A DNA stretch of 64,000 nt from Bacillota bacterium. GTDB lineage: Bacteria > Bacillota > Sulfobacillia > Fermentithermobacillales > Fermentithermobacillaceae. The position numbers were made by a program, and so were the translations under genes. The DNA is taken from the NCBI GenBank assembly GCA_050952065.1, contig JBMNKF010000007.1:145127-209126 (forward strand), given 5' to 3'. The notes under the pieces are model-generated. The model did not search any database. It saw only the letters and a list, made by a program, of their open reading frames with translations, and had not been told where the DNA came from. Below, one piece after another: positions 56,181 through 64,000 of this stretch (position 1 is its first letter; each line of letters opens with the position of its first letter).

Positions 56181-57148
56181 TGACTAAGAAGGAACAGAAT
56201 GTTGTTCAAGCTATTGAGGACCTGTCTCTGTTCGAGTTTGCTGAGTTTGATGAGCAGGCTGGCGAGCGAACCGGTTACTCCGACTACTCATACTGGGGTT
56301 CCACAATCCGGATGTTTCTGAAGAACAAGACCGCGGTTATCATGCTCTTGGCCATGGTCTTCCTTTTGGTTTTCACTTTCATACAACCTTACCTGCCATA
56401 CCAGAAAGAAGCCAACAGGGTTTACCTAGATCCAGAAACGGGACGCCAGCTCGTGAATCAGAAACCCAACAGGGAGTACTGGTTTGGAACGAACTCCATC
56501 GGCCAGGACCTGTGGTCTATGATCTGGAGCGGCACCAGAACCTCCCTTCTGATCGCGCTGATAGTTGGCGTATGGGAAGTGGGTTTTGGGATCGCTTTTG
56601 GGGCTCTCTGGGGCTATGTAAGGCAATTGGATGCGCTGATCACAGAGGTCTACAACGTCCTCAATAACATACCTACCACTATCGTGCTGACTCTCTTGGC
56701 ATATATCCTCCGTCCCGGTTTCAAGACCATGATTATCGCCATGTGCGCAACGGGATGGATGGGTATGGCGCGTTTTGTGCGAAACCAGATAGTCATAATC
56801 CGCGATCGGGAGTACAATCTTGCGTCGCGGTGTCTGGGTACGCCAACTTCGCGCATCATCATGAAGAACCTTCTCCCCTACCTTGTCTCGGTTATCGTGC
56901 TCCGCATAGCGCTGTCGATCCCTGGGACAATCGGGTGGGAAGTGTTCCTAACATACATCGGCCTGGGACTACCGCTTGACATTCCTTCCCTTGGGAATCT
57001 GTTGAACGAGGGCAGGAGATACATTATGTCGCCTAGTCTGCGGTACCAGCTGATATTCCCCGCCGCAGTACTATCTATTATCACTATTTCGTTCTACGTG
57101 ATGGGCAACGCTTTTTCTGACGCTGCCGATCCTCGCAACCACTATTAG
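56180..57148 (+). CDS. oppC: Oligopeptide ABC transporter permease
   Basis: WFGTN..GQD.W..IW.G.R.S, EY.LAS..LG, PSLG, DP. Confidence 0.93.
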   Translation: MTKKEQNVVQAIEDLSLFEFAEFDEQAGERTGYSDYSYWGSTIRMFLKNKTAVIMLLAMVFLLVFTFIQPYLPYQKEANRVYLDPETGRQLVNQKPNREYWFGTNSIGQDLWSMIWSGTRTSLLIALIVGVWEVGFGIAFGALWGYVRQLDALITEVYNVLNNIPTTIVLTLLAYILRPGFKTMIIAMCATGWMGMARFVRNQIVIIRDREYNLASRCLGTPTSRIIMKNLLPYLVSVIVLRIALSIPGTIGWEVFLTYIGLGLPLDIPSLGNLLNEGRRYIMSPSLRYQLIFPAAVLSIITISFYVMGNAFSDAADPRNHY

Positions 57149-57151
57149 GAG

Positions 57152-58201
57152 GTGGAAGCGATGAGAGAGCCCATTCTAAGAGCCAAAGACGTGGTAGTTA
57201 AGTTCAGCCTTCGCGGTCAGATACTCACTGCCGTTCGCCACGCATCCTTAGACCTCTATGAAGGCGAGACACTGGCCATAGTGGGCGAATCCGGATCCGG
57301 AAAGAGCGTGTTCACAAAGACTTTTCTGGGAATGCTTGACGCCAACGGTTGGGTAGACTCCGGTTCCATATTGTTTGAAGGCCAAGACCTGGCGAAACTC
57401 AAGACTGAGGATGAATGGTTGAAGATACGCGGAAAGAAAATCGCCATGATTTTTCAAGATCCCATGACTGCCCTGAACCCCTTGAGAACTGTTGGAATGC
57501 AAATACGTGAAGTGCTTGAACTGCATCAGGCTTTGAGGGGAGACGCTGCGAAAGATCGGACAATCGAGATACTCGGCCAAGTCGGAATAGACAACCCGGC
57601 CATGAGGTATTCTCAGTATCCCCACGAATTTTCCGGAGGCATGCGGCAGAGGGTCGTTATCGCCATAGCGGTCGCGTGCAACCCAAGGATCCTGATCTGC
57701 GACGAACCCACCACTGCCCTGGATGTTACGATTCAGGCACAGATCCTAGAATTGATACGGCGCCTTCAGAGACAATTGAACTTGACCATAATCTACATCA
57801 CTCATGACCTGGGAGTCGTGGCTAATGTGGCCGAACGGGTGGCTGTCATGTACGCCGGGGACATAATAGAAATCGGTACCACCGAAGAGATCTTCTATGA
57901 TGCCCGTCATCCATATACGTGGGCGCTATTATCCTCCCTACCTCAGTTGGGCGTGAAAGGTCAACCGCTATACTCCATCAAGGGAACGCCACCTAACTTG
58001 TTCACGGACATTGCGGGAGACGCTTTTGCCCCCAGAAACCCAAAAGCTCTGAAGATCGATTTCGTTAAGAGGCCTCCGCTCTTTCGAGTTTCCGAGACGC
58101 ACTTCGCTCGCACGTGGCTACTTGACCCGCGGGCGCCCAAGGTTGAGCCCCCGGATACCATTAAGGCAATGCGCGCCAAGTACGAAAGGGAATCGCCATG
58201 A
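57152..58201 (+). CDS. oppD: Oligopeptide ABC transporter ATPase
   Basis: [34 protein letters not shown]. Confidence 0.95.
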   Translation: MEAMREPILRAKDVVVKFSLRGQILTAVRHASLDLYEGETLAIVGESGSGKSVFTKTFLGMLDANGWVDSGSILFEGQDLAKLKTEDEWLKIRGKKIAMIFQDPMTALNPLRTVGMQIREVLELHQALRGDAAKDRTIEILGQVGIDNPAMRYSQYPHEFSGGMRQRVVIAIAVACNPRILICDEPTTALDVTIQAQILELIRRLQRQLNLTIIYITHDLGVVANVAERVAVMYAGDIIEIGTTEEIFYDARHPYTWALLSSLPQLGVKGQPLYSIKGTPPNLFTDIAGDAFAPRNPKALKIDFVKRPPLFRVSETHFARTWLLDPRAPKVEPPDTIKAMRAKYERESP

Positions 58202-59139
58202 CAATCGACGCCCGGGAAGTATTGATCGACATTCAAGACCTGCGGGTGGAGTTCAAGGTCCGCGGTGGCAAACCGTTTGTGGCCGTAGAAGATGTCTCTC
58301 TCAAGATATCCAAAGGCGAGACGTTCGGTCTTGTGGGGGAAACCGGTTCAGGCAAGACCACCATAGGGAGAGCCATCGTCAGGATCAACGAGACGGCCAA
58401 AGGTGTGATAAGATTCCGCGGGCAGAGGATCAACGGCGTAATCTCGAAAGAATTGGACCGCTTGGTGACCCAAAGGATCCAGATGATATTCCAGGACCCT
58501 ATGGCTTCTTTGAACGAGCGGGCTAAGGTGGACTACATCGTTTCAGAAGGCCTCTACAACACTAAAAACTTCAGAAATGAGGCGGACCGAAAAAGAAAGG
58601 TGGAGAAGGCCCTATTGGAGGTGGGCCTTCTTCCAGAGTTCGCTTCGCGGTTTCCTCACGAATTCTCGGGGGGACAGCGACAGCGCATAGGCATTGCTAG
58701 AGCTCTCATCATGGAGCCCGAATTCATCATCGCCGATGAACCCATTTCGTCCCTTGACGTGTCAATCAGGGCACAGGTTCTGAACCTCTTGTCGGCGCTT
58801 CAAAAAGACAAAGGACTGACGTACATGTTCATTTCCCATGACCTTTCCGTAGTCCGATTCATAGCTGACCGCATCGCGGTCATACACAGGGGTAGGATCG
58901 TGGAGTTGGCGGAGACTGAAGAACTCTTCGAGAATCCGCTGCATCCCTATACGCGGTCTTTGTTGTCGGCTATCCCCATCCCCGATCCTCGCGTGGAAAA
59001 GGAAAAGCGAGTCTTGGTCTACGACCCCGAAAGCCACGACTATTCGGTACATAAGCCCAAGTGGGCAGAGATACGTCCCGGGCATTTTGTCTACGGCAAC
59101 AGGTTTGAGATGCAGCAGTACCGGCAGATGTTGAGCTAG
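58198..59139 (+). CDS. oppF: Oligopeptide ABC transporter ATPase
   Basis: [30 protein letters not shown]. Confidence 0.95.
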   Translation: MTIDAREVLIDIQDLRVEFKVRGGKPFVAVEDVSLKISKGETFGLVGETGSGKTTIGRAIVRINETAKGVIRFRGQRINGVISKELDRLVTQRIQMIFQDPMASLNERAKVDYIVSEGLYNTKNFRNEADRKRKVEKALLEVGLLPEFASRFPHEFSGGQRQRIGIARALIMEPEFIIADEPISSLDVSIRAQVLNLLSALQKDKGLTYMFISHDLSVVRFIADRIAVIHRGRIVELAETEELFENPLHPYTRSLLSAIPIPDPRVEKEKRVLVYDPESHDYSVHKPKWAEIRPGHFVYGNRFEMQQYRQMLS

Positions 59140-59163
59140 GTGGCCTAAGCGGGGAGATCGGCC

Positions 59164-59631
59164 CTAGAGGTGGAATCTGGCACCGATTCCACAGGCTTCA
59201 TACAGGTAGATGGATAGGAACGCAATTTGGAGCGCTGACCAAAGGAGCACGGGGATCGGGTTTTCCGGTGGCGATTGGGGTACTCTGGGTCTTACCAGTC
59301 CGTCGGGGTCACGGGTCAGGATCAACTCCCGGCCGGATATCTTGTCTTCGGGCAGGTCTTGGGTGTGTTCGCTATCAGGGTATCCCATTGCACGAGAGGG
59401 TTTTTGCTGAGGGCCAAACGCAAGAAGACCGGTTTTTCTTAGGTACATAAGCCATGCCACAAGGATGTACAGAACCATGAAGGCCGGGAGCAGTTGCGCA
59501 AGATAGAAGATGTTGCCGAAACACCAGCGTGCGAGAACGTATGATAGGCCGCTGGCTATCGATGTCAACCCTAATCCATAGCAAAAAGCCTTCGGCCATG
59601 TCACGAGTATCACCCAGGCCAATAATATCAT
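59164..59631 (-). CDS. Hypothetical membrane protein
   Basis: 155-aa ORF with 3-4 hydrophobic segments; fills the gap between oppF and the NlpC gene. Confidence 0.55.
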   Translation of the reverse strand: MILLAWVILVTWPKAFCYGLGLTSIASGLSYVLARWCFGNIFYLAQLLPAFMVLYILVAWLMYLRKTGLLAFGPQQKPSRAMGYPDSEHTQDLPEDKISGRELILTRDPDGLVRPRVPQSPPENPIPVLLWSALQIAFLSIYLYEACGIGARFHL

Positions 59632-59646
59632 AGGTAACCGAGGTGG

Positions 59647-60861
59647 TTGTCCGTGTCTCTGGGGCCGTTATTATCCTTGAAAGCCGCATCTCTACGGTGC
59701 CTTCCGGCGCTCTTGCCTCTGGTGCTGGTATTGCTTTCAGCCTGTTCACCTAGAGTGCCCGAGACCGAGACTCAGAACCAGATAGCAGATGGAGAGGCTC
59801 AGGTCCGAATCCAAAACGGCATTGCCAGCTTCCTTGAATCCGTCGGTTTCTCTCCTAGAGAAGAGGTGTTCCAGGTTCAATGTCAAGTTGATAGCGGTAG
59901 AGCCGTGTTTACAGGGGAGGTGTCAGACCGGGCTCGAAAAGCGGCCATGTTTGAAGCCGTTCTCAATTTGGTGCCCGGGATCAAACTGGTGGACAGCATT
60001 ACGGTCCTCCCTACGGTATCGCTGGAGGGTAGAGACTGGGCTGTGGTGTGTGTTCCTGTTCTGGACCTGGGGGATGCCCCCAACAGTGTCGGAGGCAAAA
60101 ACACGGTTACACAAGCTCGTATGGGAGACATCCTCAGGATTCTGAAAGAAGACGAAGGCTGGTACCTTTGCCAAATGGATGACCGTTACTTGGGTTGGGT
60201 CAGTTCTGCCGGTGTATGGGTGACTGGCGACGACCCAACTCAATCGTTGTTCTCGGGGGAAGTTGCCCTGGTTACGTCCAAAATGACCGCCGCATACAGA
60301 GATACCGGTGAAGTCCAGGCTTTTACCCAAAACCTAGTTCAGGGAACAGTACTGCCTCTCGTTTCCACGGATAACGATTGGGCGAGCCTAGCGCTTCCAG
60401 GCGGCGGTGTGGTCAAAGCAAGGCTCCGAGACCTGAACAGGTTTCAGTCCTACAGTGAGGTGTTTTCCGAGAAGAAGGGCGTTCAGGGAGTCTTGGAGAC
60501 TGCCAGAGAATACCTGGGTCTTCCCTACTTATGGGGAGGCTGCACGGCCTACGGTTTCGACTGCTCGGGCTTCACCCAGTTCTGCCTCAAGCATAACGGC
60601 TACCGGATTAGGCGCGACGCAGACATGCAGTATGAAGAGGGTGAGATAGTGGAAGACCGGGCCAACCTGTTACCCGGAGATCTAGTCTTCTTTCAGACTT
60701 ATCGAGAGGGAGCGTCACACGTAGGGTTCTACTTGGGCGATTCTCGATACGTACACTCGGGAAGTAACGGGGTGGCGGTCAACAGTTTCGACCCATCACA
60801 CGACGATTATTCGGCCAACCTGGATAAAAAGTATCTGGGAGCTCGCCGGATCATCAAGTGA
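59647..60861 (+). CDS. Lipoprotein with BON-like, SH3 and NlpC/P60 domains (YkfC/dipeptidyl-peptidase VI-like)
   Basis: LSAC lipobox; TQ..MG..L...EGW...Q...Y.GWV (SH3b); PYLWGG, DCSG, RDA..Q, GDLVFF, HVG. Confidence 0.88.
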   Translation: MSVSLGPLLSLKAASLRCLPALLPLVLVLLSACSPRVPETETQNQIADGEAQVRIQNGIASFLESVGFSPREEVFQVQCQVDSGRAVFTGEVSDRARKAAMFEAVLNLVPGIKLVDSITVLPTVSLEGRDWAVVCVPVLDLGDAPNSVGGKNTVTQARMGDILRILKEDEGWYLCQMDDRYLGWVSSAGVWVTGDDPTQSLFSGEVALVTSKMTAAYRDTGEVQAFTQNLVQGTVLPLVSTDNDWASLALPGGGVVKARLRDLNRFQSYSEVFSEKKGVQGVLETAREYLGLPYLWGGCTAYGFDCSGFTQFCLKHNGYRIRRDADMQYEEGEIVEDRANLLPGDLVFFQTYREGASHVGFYLGDSRYVHSGSNGVAVNSFDPSHDDYSANLDKKYLGARRIIK

Positions 60862-60930
60862 AATGGGGGCTGCCCGTACCGATGGACTCCAGCCCGGGCA
60901 GCCATTGTCTGGCATGCCTCCGTTCTTCCT

Positions 60931-61785
60931 CTAGCCCACCGCTCCGCTTGCGGGTATCATGATGACCTGACCGGGGGTTAGCTGGCTATCGATCGTTAGT
61001 CCCGGGTTGAAAGCGACGAGTTCCGCCGGGCTCAGTCCGAACCTTCGGGCGATAATGATGATCGTATCGCCCGTCACCACGATGTACCTTCTGCCGCCTG
61101 GCATGTGCCCTGAGGGCGGAGTCACTCTGTCCCCCCTGGGGATCCGGATGATGTCACCTGGGAAGATCAGATCTGGATTTCGAATCTGCGGATTTGCCCT
61201 GATCAGTGTCTCCAACGATACGCCGTGCCGCTGGGCTATTAGGAACATGGTGTCGCCTGGCTGAACCACGTAGTCAAGCACAGGATCCGGGTGGGTAGGC
61301 GGAAAGTGATGCGGCGGAGTAGTGGAATGATCGTGATGCGGTGGAGTCGGCGTTGTTTCCGGTGAAATGATCAGGACAATGCGGCACTTCTCAGCGATCT
61401 CCCGCAGGAGCGCTATTTGCCGGGCTTTGCGCCGAGAGAGTCTCATCATGATGCCTCTTGCCATAGGGTCTTCCACGTGGGGATCCAGCCTCAAGTATCC
61501 GCTGTCCAGGAGTTCATTCTCTTTGGTATGGAGGAGGACAATGGTCTCGTTAAAATCGTCAGGTATGGAGATGTCGGCATAGGGGCCGGAGGTATCCACG
61601 CCTAACGCCGCCATTAGTTCCCTGTTGTCTGTCATGACGTCCCGCTTCACATCACAGAGTTCCTGAATGAGCTCAAGGCAGGAGGATTGAGGGGCGTGGG
61701 TCAGAAGCCTCTCGTAGACAGGTGACAGCTCCCTTTCCCTGGACCAGGTGAAAACGCTCGCCTCAGTCATAGCTTCGCGTGCCAT
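60931..61785 (-). CDS. Two-LysM protein (SafA-like LysM) with helical N-terminal domain
   Basis: YVVQPGDTMFLIAQRHGVSLETLIRANPQIRNPDLIFPG and a second LysM; His/Pro-rich linker; RBS GGAGG. Confidence 0.85.
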   Translation of the reverse strand: MAREAMTEASVFTWSRERELSPVYERLLTHAPQSSCLELIQELCDVKRDVMTDNRELMAALGVDTSGPYADISIPDDFNETIVLLHTKENELLDSGYLRLDPHVEDPMARGIMMRLSRRKARQIALLREIAEKCRIVLIISPETTPTPPHHDHSTTPPHHFPPTHPDPVLDYVVQPGDTMFLIAQRHGVSLETLIRANPQIRNPDLIFPGDIIRIPRGDRVTPPSGHMPGGRRYIVVTGDTIIIIARRFGLSPAELVAFNPGLTIDSQLTPGQVIMIPASGAVG

Positions 61786-61822
61786 TTATCATACCTCCAC
61801 CCTAAAAACTACGATTCTCATC

Positions 61823-61850
61823 ACTCTATGAGAGGAAGCGGGTTTTGGTG
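61823..61850 (-). promoter_or_regulatory. SigK-type promoter of the LysM gene
   Basis: Minus strand CACC-16 nt-CATAgagT. Confidence 0.5.
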
Positions 61851-61867
61851 ACCGAGCAACAAGCCGC

Positions 61868-61891
61868 AAAAAAGCCCCGCTTGTTGGGGGC
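61868..61891 (-). terminator. Intrinsic terminator on the minus strand
   Basis: gcccc...ggggc stem with an A6 tract on + (U-tract on -). Confidence 0.6.
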
Positions 61892-61917
61892 GTTCAGTCT
61901 GGATAGAGAAGGGACGA

Positions 61918-62190
61918 TTATTGGGGTTCTTGCGGTTCTTCTGGTTTTTTTGGCCTGGCGACTCTCCTAGACCTGGGAGCCGGCTCCGGCCACGGCCACA
62001 TACCTTCGTCTACAAAGACATCGTCGGGTTCTCTCCAATTCCAGTCGTCATCTAAGTCAACCGGCTGGTTGTCATCTACCTGATATGTGTCGGGCAATTC
62101 CGGATAGAAAGGATCAAATTCATCGTGGTAGATGGGTGTCTCCAGTGGGAAGTCTTCTGGCAAACGAGGCACTGGACGCTCGTCTTTCAA
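61918..62190 (-). CDS. Small acidic Asp/Pro/Trp-rich hypothetical protein
   Basis: TTG start with AGGAGGG RBS, 90 aa, followed by a terminator. Confidence 0.65.
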   Translation of the reverse strand: MKDERPVPRLPEDFPLETPIYHDEFDPFYPELPDTYQVDDNQPVDLDDDWNWREPDDVFVDEGMWPWPEPAPRSRRVARPKKPEEPQEPQ

Positions 62191-62245
62191 AGCATTCCCT
62201 CCTTTCCTAGGGTTATCGTTCCCCGGTCAAGGGCACTGGATACAC

Positions 62246-62294
62246 CAAACTTGCGTTTGCCTATGCCCGGCAGAACATGGTAAACTAATGTTCG
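62246..62294 (+). promoter_or_regulatory. lexA promoter with two SOS (Cheo)-like boxes
   Basis: CAAAC-ttgc-GTTTG (62246-62259) and TAAAC-taat-GTTCG (62281-62294) overlap TTGCCT (62257) and TGgTAAACT. Confidence 0.7.
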
Positions 62295-62339
62295 AGAGGG
62301 GCCGCGAGAGTGGCCGTAGGTACTGTGGGAGGGGATATC

Positions 62340-62951
62340 ATGGATAAGCTCACCACTCAGCAGGCAAGAGTGTTTGAAGCGATAAAAGAGACGATAAGAG
62401 AAACGGGGTATCCCCCGTCAGTGAGAGAACTAGGCGAAAGGCTCGGCCTCAAGTCCACGGCCACAGTACATACACATTTGCGAAACCTCGAACGAAAGGG
62501 GTTTCTCAAGCGCAAAGCCCAGAAGTCTCGGGCATTTTGTCTTACGGAGACTTCCCCCAAACCTTACCCGTCCTCGGCAGTCATGGTCCCCATCGTGGGA
62601 ATGGTCAGGGCGGGAACTCCGATCTTGGCCGTTGAGAACATTGAGGATGTGGTCCCGTTTCCACGGCACTTTGTTAAGAGCGAAAACGTGTTCCTCCTAA
62701 AAGTCGAAGGTGACAGCATGATCGGAGCCGGCATCTATGATGGTGACTACGTCCTGGTTAGGCAGCAGAATGACGCCGATAACGGCGACATTGTGGTGGC
62801 GCTGATCGACGATGAAGCTACTGTAAAAACCTTCTACCGAGAGAAAAATAGAGTGCGTCTCCAACCCGAGAACCCAGAGATGGAGCCCATCGTGGTACGG
62901 TCTGTCAAGATATTGGGAAAGGTCCTGGGGTTGTACCGCTCCATGCACTGA
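62340..62951 (+). CDS. lexA: SOS repressor LexA
   Basis: GYPPSVRE, G.VRAG.P (cleavage site), GDSM, ATVK. Confidence 0.97.
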   Translation: MDKLTTQQARVFEAIKETIRETGYPPSVRELGERLGLKSTATVHTHLRNLERKGFLKRKAQKSRAFCLTETSPKPYPSSAVMVPIVGMVRAGTPILAVENIEDVVPFPRHFVKSENVFLLKVEGDSMIGAGIYDGDYVLVRQQNDADNGDIVVALIDDEATVKTFYREKNRVRLQPENPEMEPIVVRSVKILGKVLGLYRSMH

Positions 62952-62975
62952 CACGGCGAGCCACAGGGACGCCTC

Positions 62976-64000
62976 TTACTTACCCAACATTCTTCGGGCG
63001 TTTTGGCAAGCGAGGATAACGTGTTCACACGTGAGCCCCCCTTGTAGGTACGCGCGGTATGGTGGAACGAAAGGTCCATCACACGACAGCTCGATTGATG
63101 ACCCTTGAACAAAAGTCCCCGCCGCCATGATCACAGGTCTGTCATAGCCGGGCATCTCCCAAGGTTCCGGAGTTGCGAAAGAGTCTACCGGTGAGGCATA
63201 CTGTATGGCTTTAGTCAAGATTCGCAGGTCATCCCCGGTTCCCATGGTTATTGACTGCACTATGTCGCTTCTCGGCTCCTGCGGGAGGGGGTCAACAGGG
63301 TACCCTAGAGCATGGAAATATGCCGCCGCAAATGTCGCACCCTTCAAAGCCTCGCCTACGACTTTTGGCGCCATGAACAACCCCTGGTATAGAGACCTAT
63401 AGCCTGCCGCATTGCTGCCAACCTCGTTCCCAATTCCGGCAGCGTAGAGAGTGTCGGCCGCAAGATCGACTGCCCACGATTTGCCGGCCACGTAGCCGCC
63501 GGTGGGCGCTAGCCCGCCGCCAGGGTTCTTGATTAGGGACCCTGCAGCGAGGGTGACCCCAAGGCTCGGGGGCTCCTTAGCTTCAACAAACTCGCAATAG
63601 CAGTTGTCAACGAAAGTCATTATCTCAGGCCATCTTCTTTTCACGATTTCCATGAAGCGAGCAAGTACTTCCATGGATATGGTCTTGCGGAGGAGTAGCC
63701 TCTGGATCTTTGCACCATCAACACTTTGGTTTTCGGTGTGATGGCGCTGGCCAGAAGGTGTTCCATCTTGCTTTCGTCTATCGCGCCCTTCTGGTACAAA
63801 GACAGCGCCTCTGTTTCGGAATAAGTGACACCGTAAGAAGATAGACTCGTGGGTAATGCCTTGTCCGCGCCGATTACTGGGAGCAGAGTGTCGTAGGGTC
63901 TTCCAGTAACGCTCAAGACCTCGTCTCCGGGGCGCAACAGGGCGAAAAGGACAGTTTTGAGCACATGAGTCCCTGAGGCCCAGTGAACTCGCACCAGCGC
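62976..64000 (-). pseudogene. YnbB-like methionine gamma-lyase/aluminium-resistance family gene, frameshifted near 63690 and running off the window's right edge
   Basis: SGTH, G.PYDTL and QRSRGYS are in one frame; VDNCY.EF, AGSLIKNPGGG and MAAGTFVQGSSIELS.D are in another. Confidence 0.75.

Overview
Core chromosome segment of a spore-forming anaerobic Bacillota (Clostridia-like, roughly 50-55% GC by eye), almost entirely + strand. Order: pbp1A (partial, -), tyrS, yunB, nadE, yebC, bofC-like, ruvCAB, queH-DUF2905-spoIID-like-queA-tgt-yajC, then a GntR regulator with a four-subunit 2-oxoacid:ferredoxin oxidoreductase, a methylmalonyl-CoA mutase large subunit and an epimerase. After a 0.9-kb intergenic region come the dcw cluster (mraZ to ftsZ, lacking murD, murB and ftsA), spoIIGA-sigE-sigG-spoIIR-ylmC, ddl-like, yggS, divIVA, lspA, rluD, pyrE, an Opp/Ami ABC transporter, an NlpC/P60 lipoprotein, a LysM protein, lexA and a frameshifted ynbB-like gene. 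The main non-coding signals are: (1) a ~430-490 nt, densely base-paired, probably pseudoknotted candidate ncRNA with its own terminator between the epimerase and mraZ (18829-19316); (2) a XerCD dif site at 52438-52465, next to an atypical ~0.7-kb segment with tandem repeats, perfect DNA palindromes and a possible decayed ORF (possible Xer-integrated element remnant); (3) a ~240-nt multi-junction structured leader upstream of the ddl-like gene. All RNA structures were paired by eye, with no folding software or database searches.
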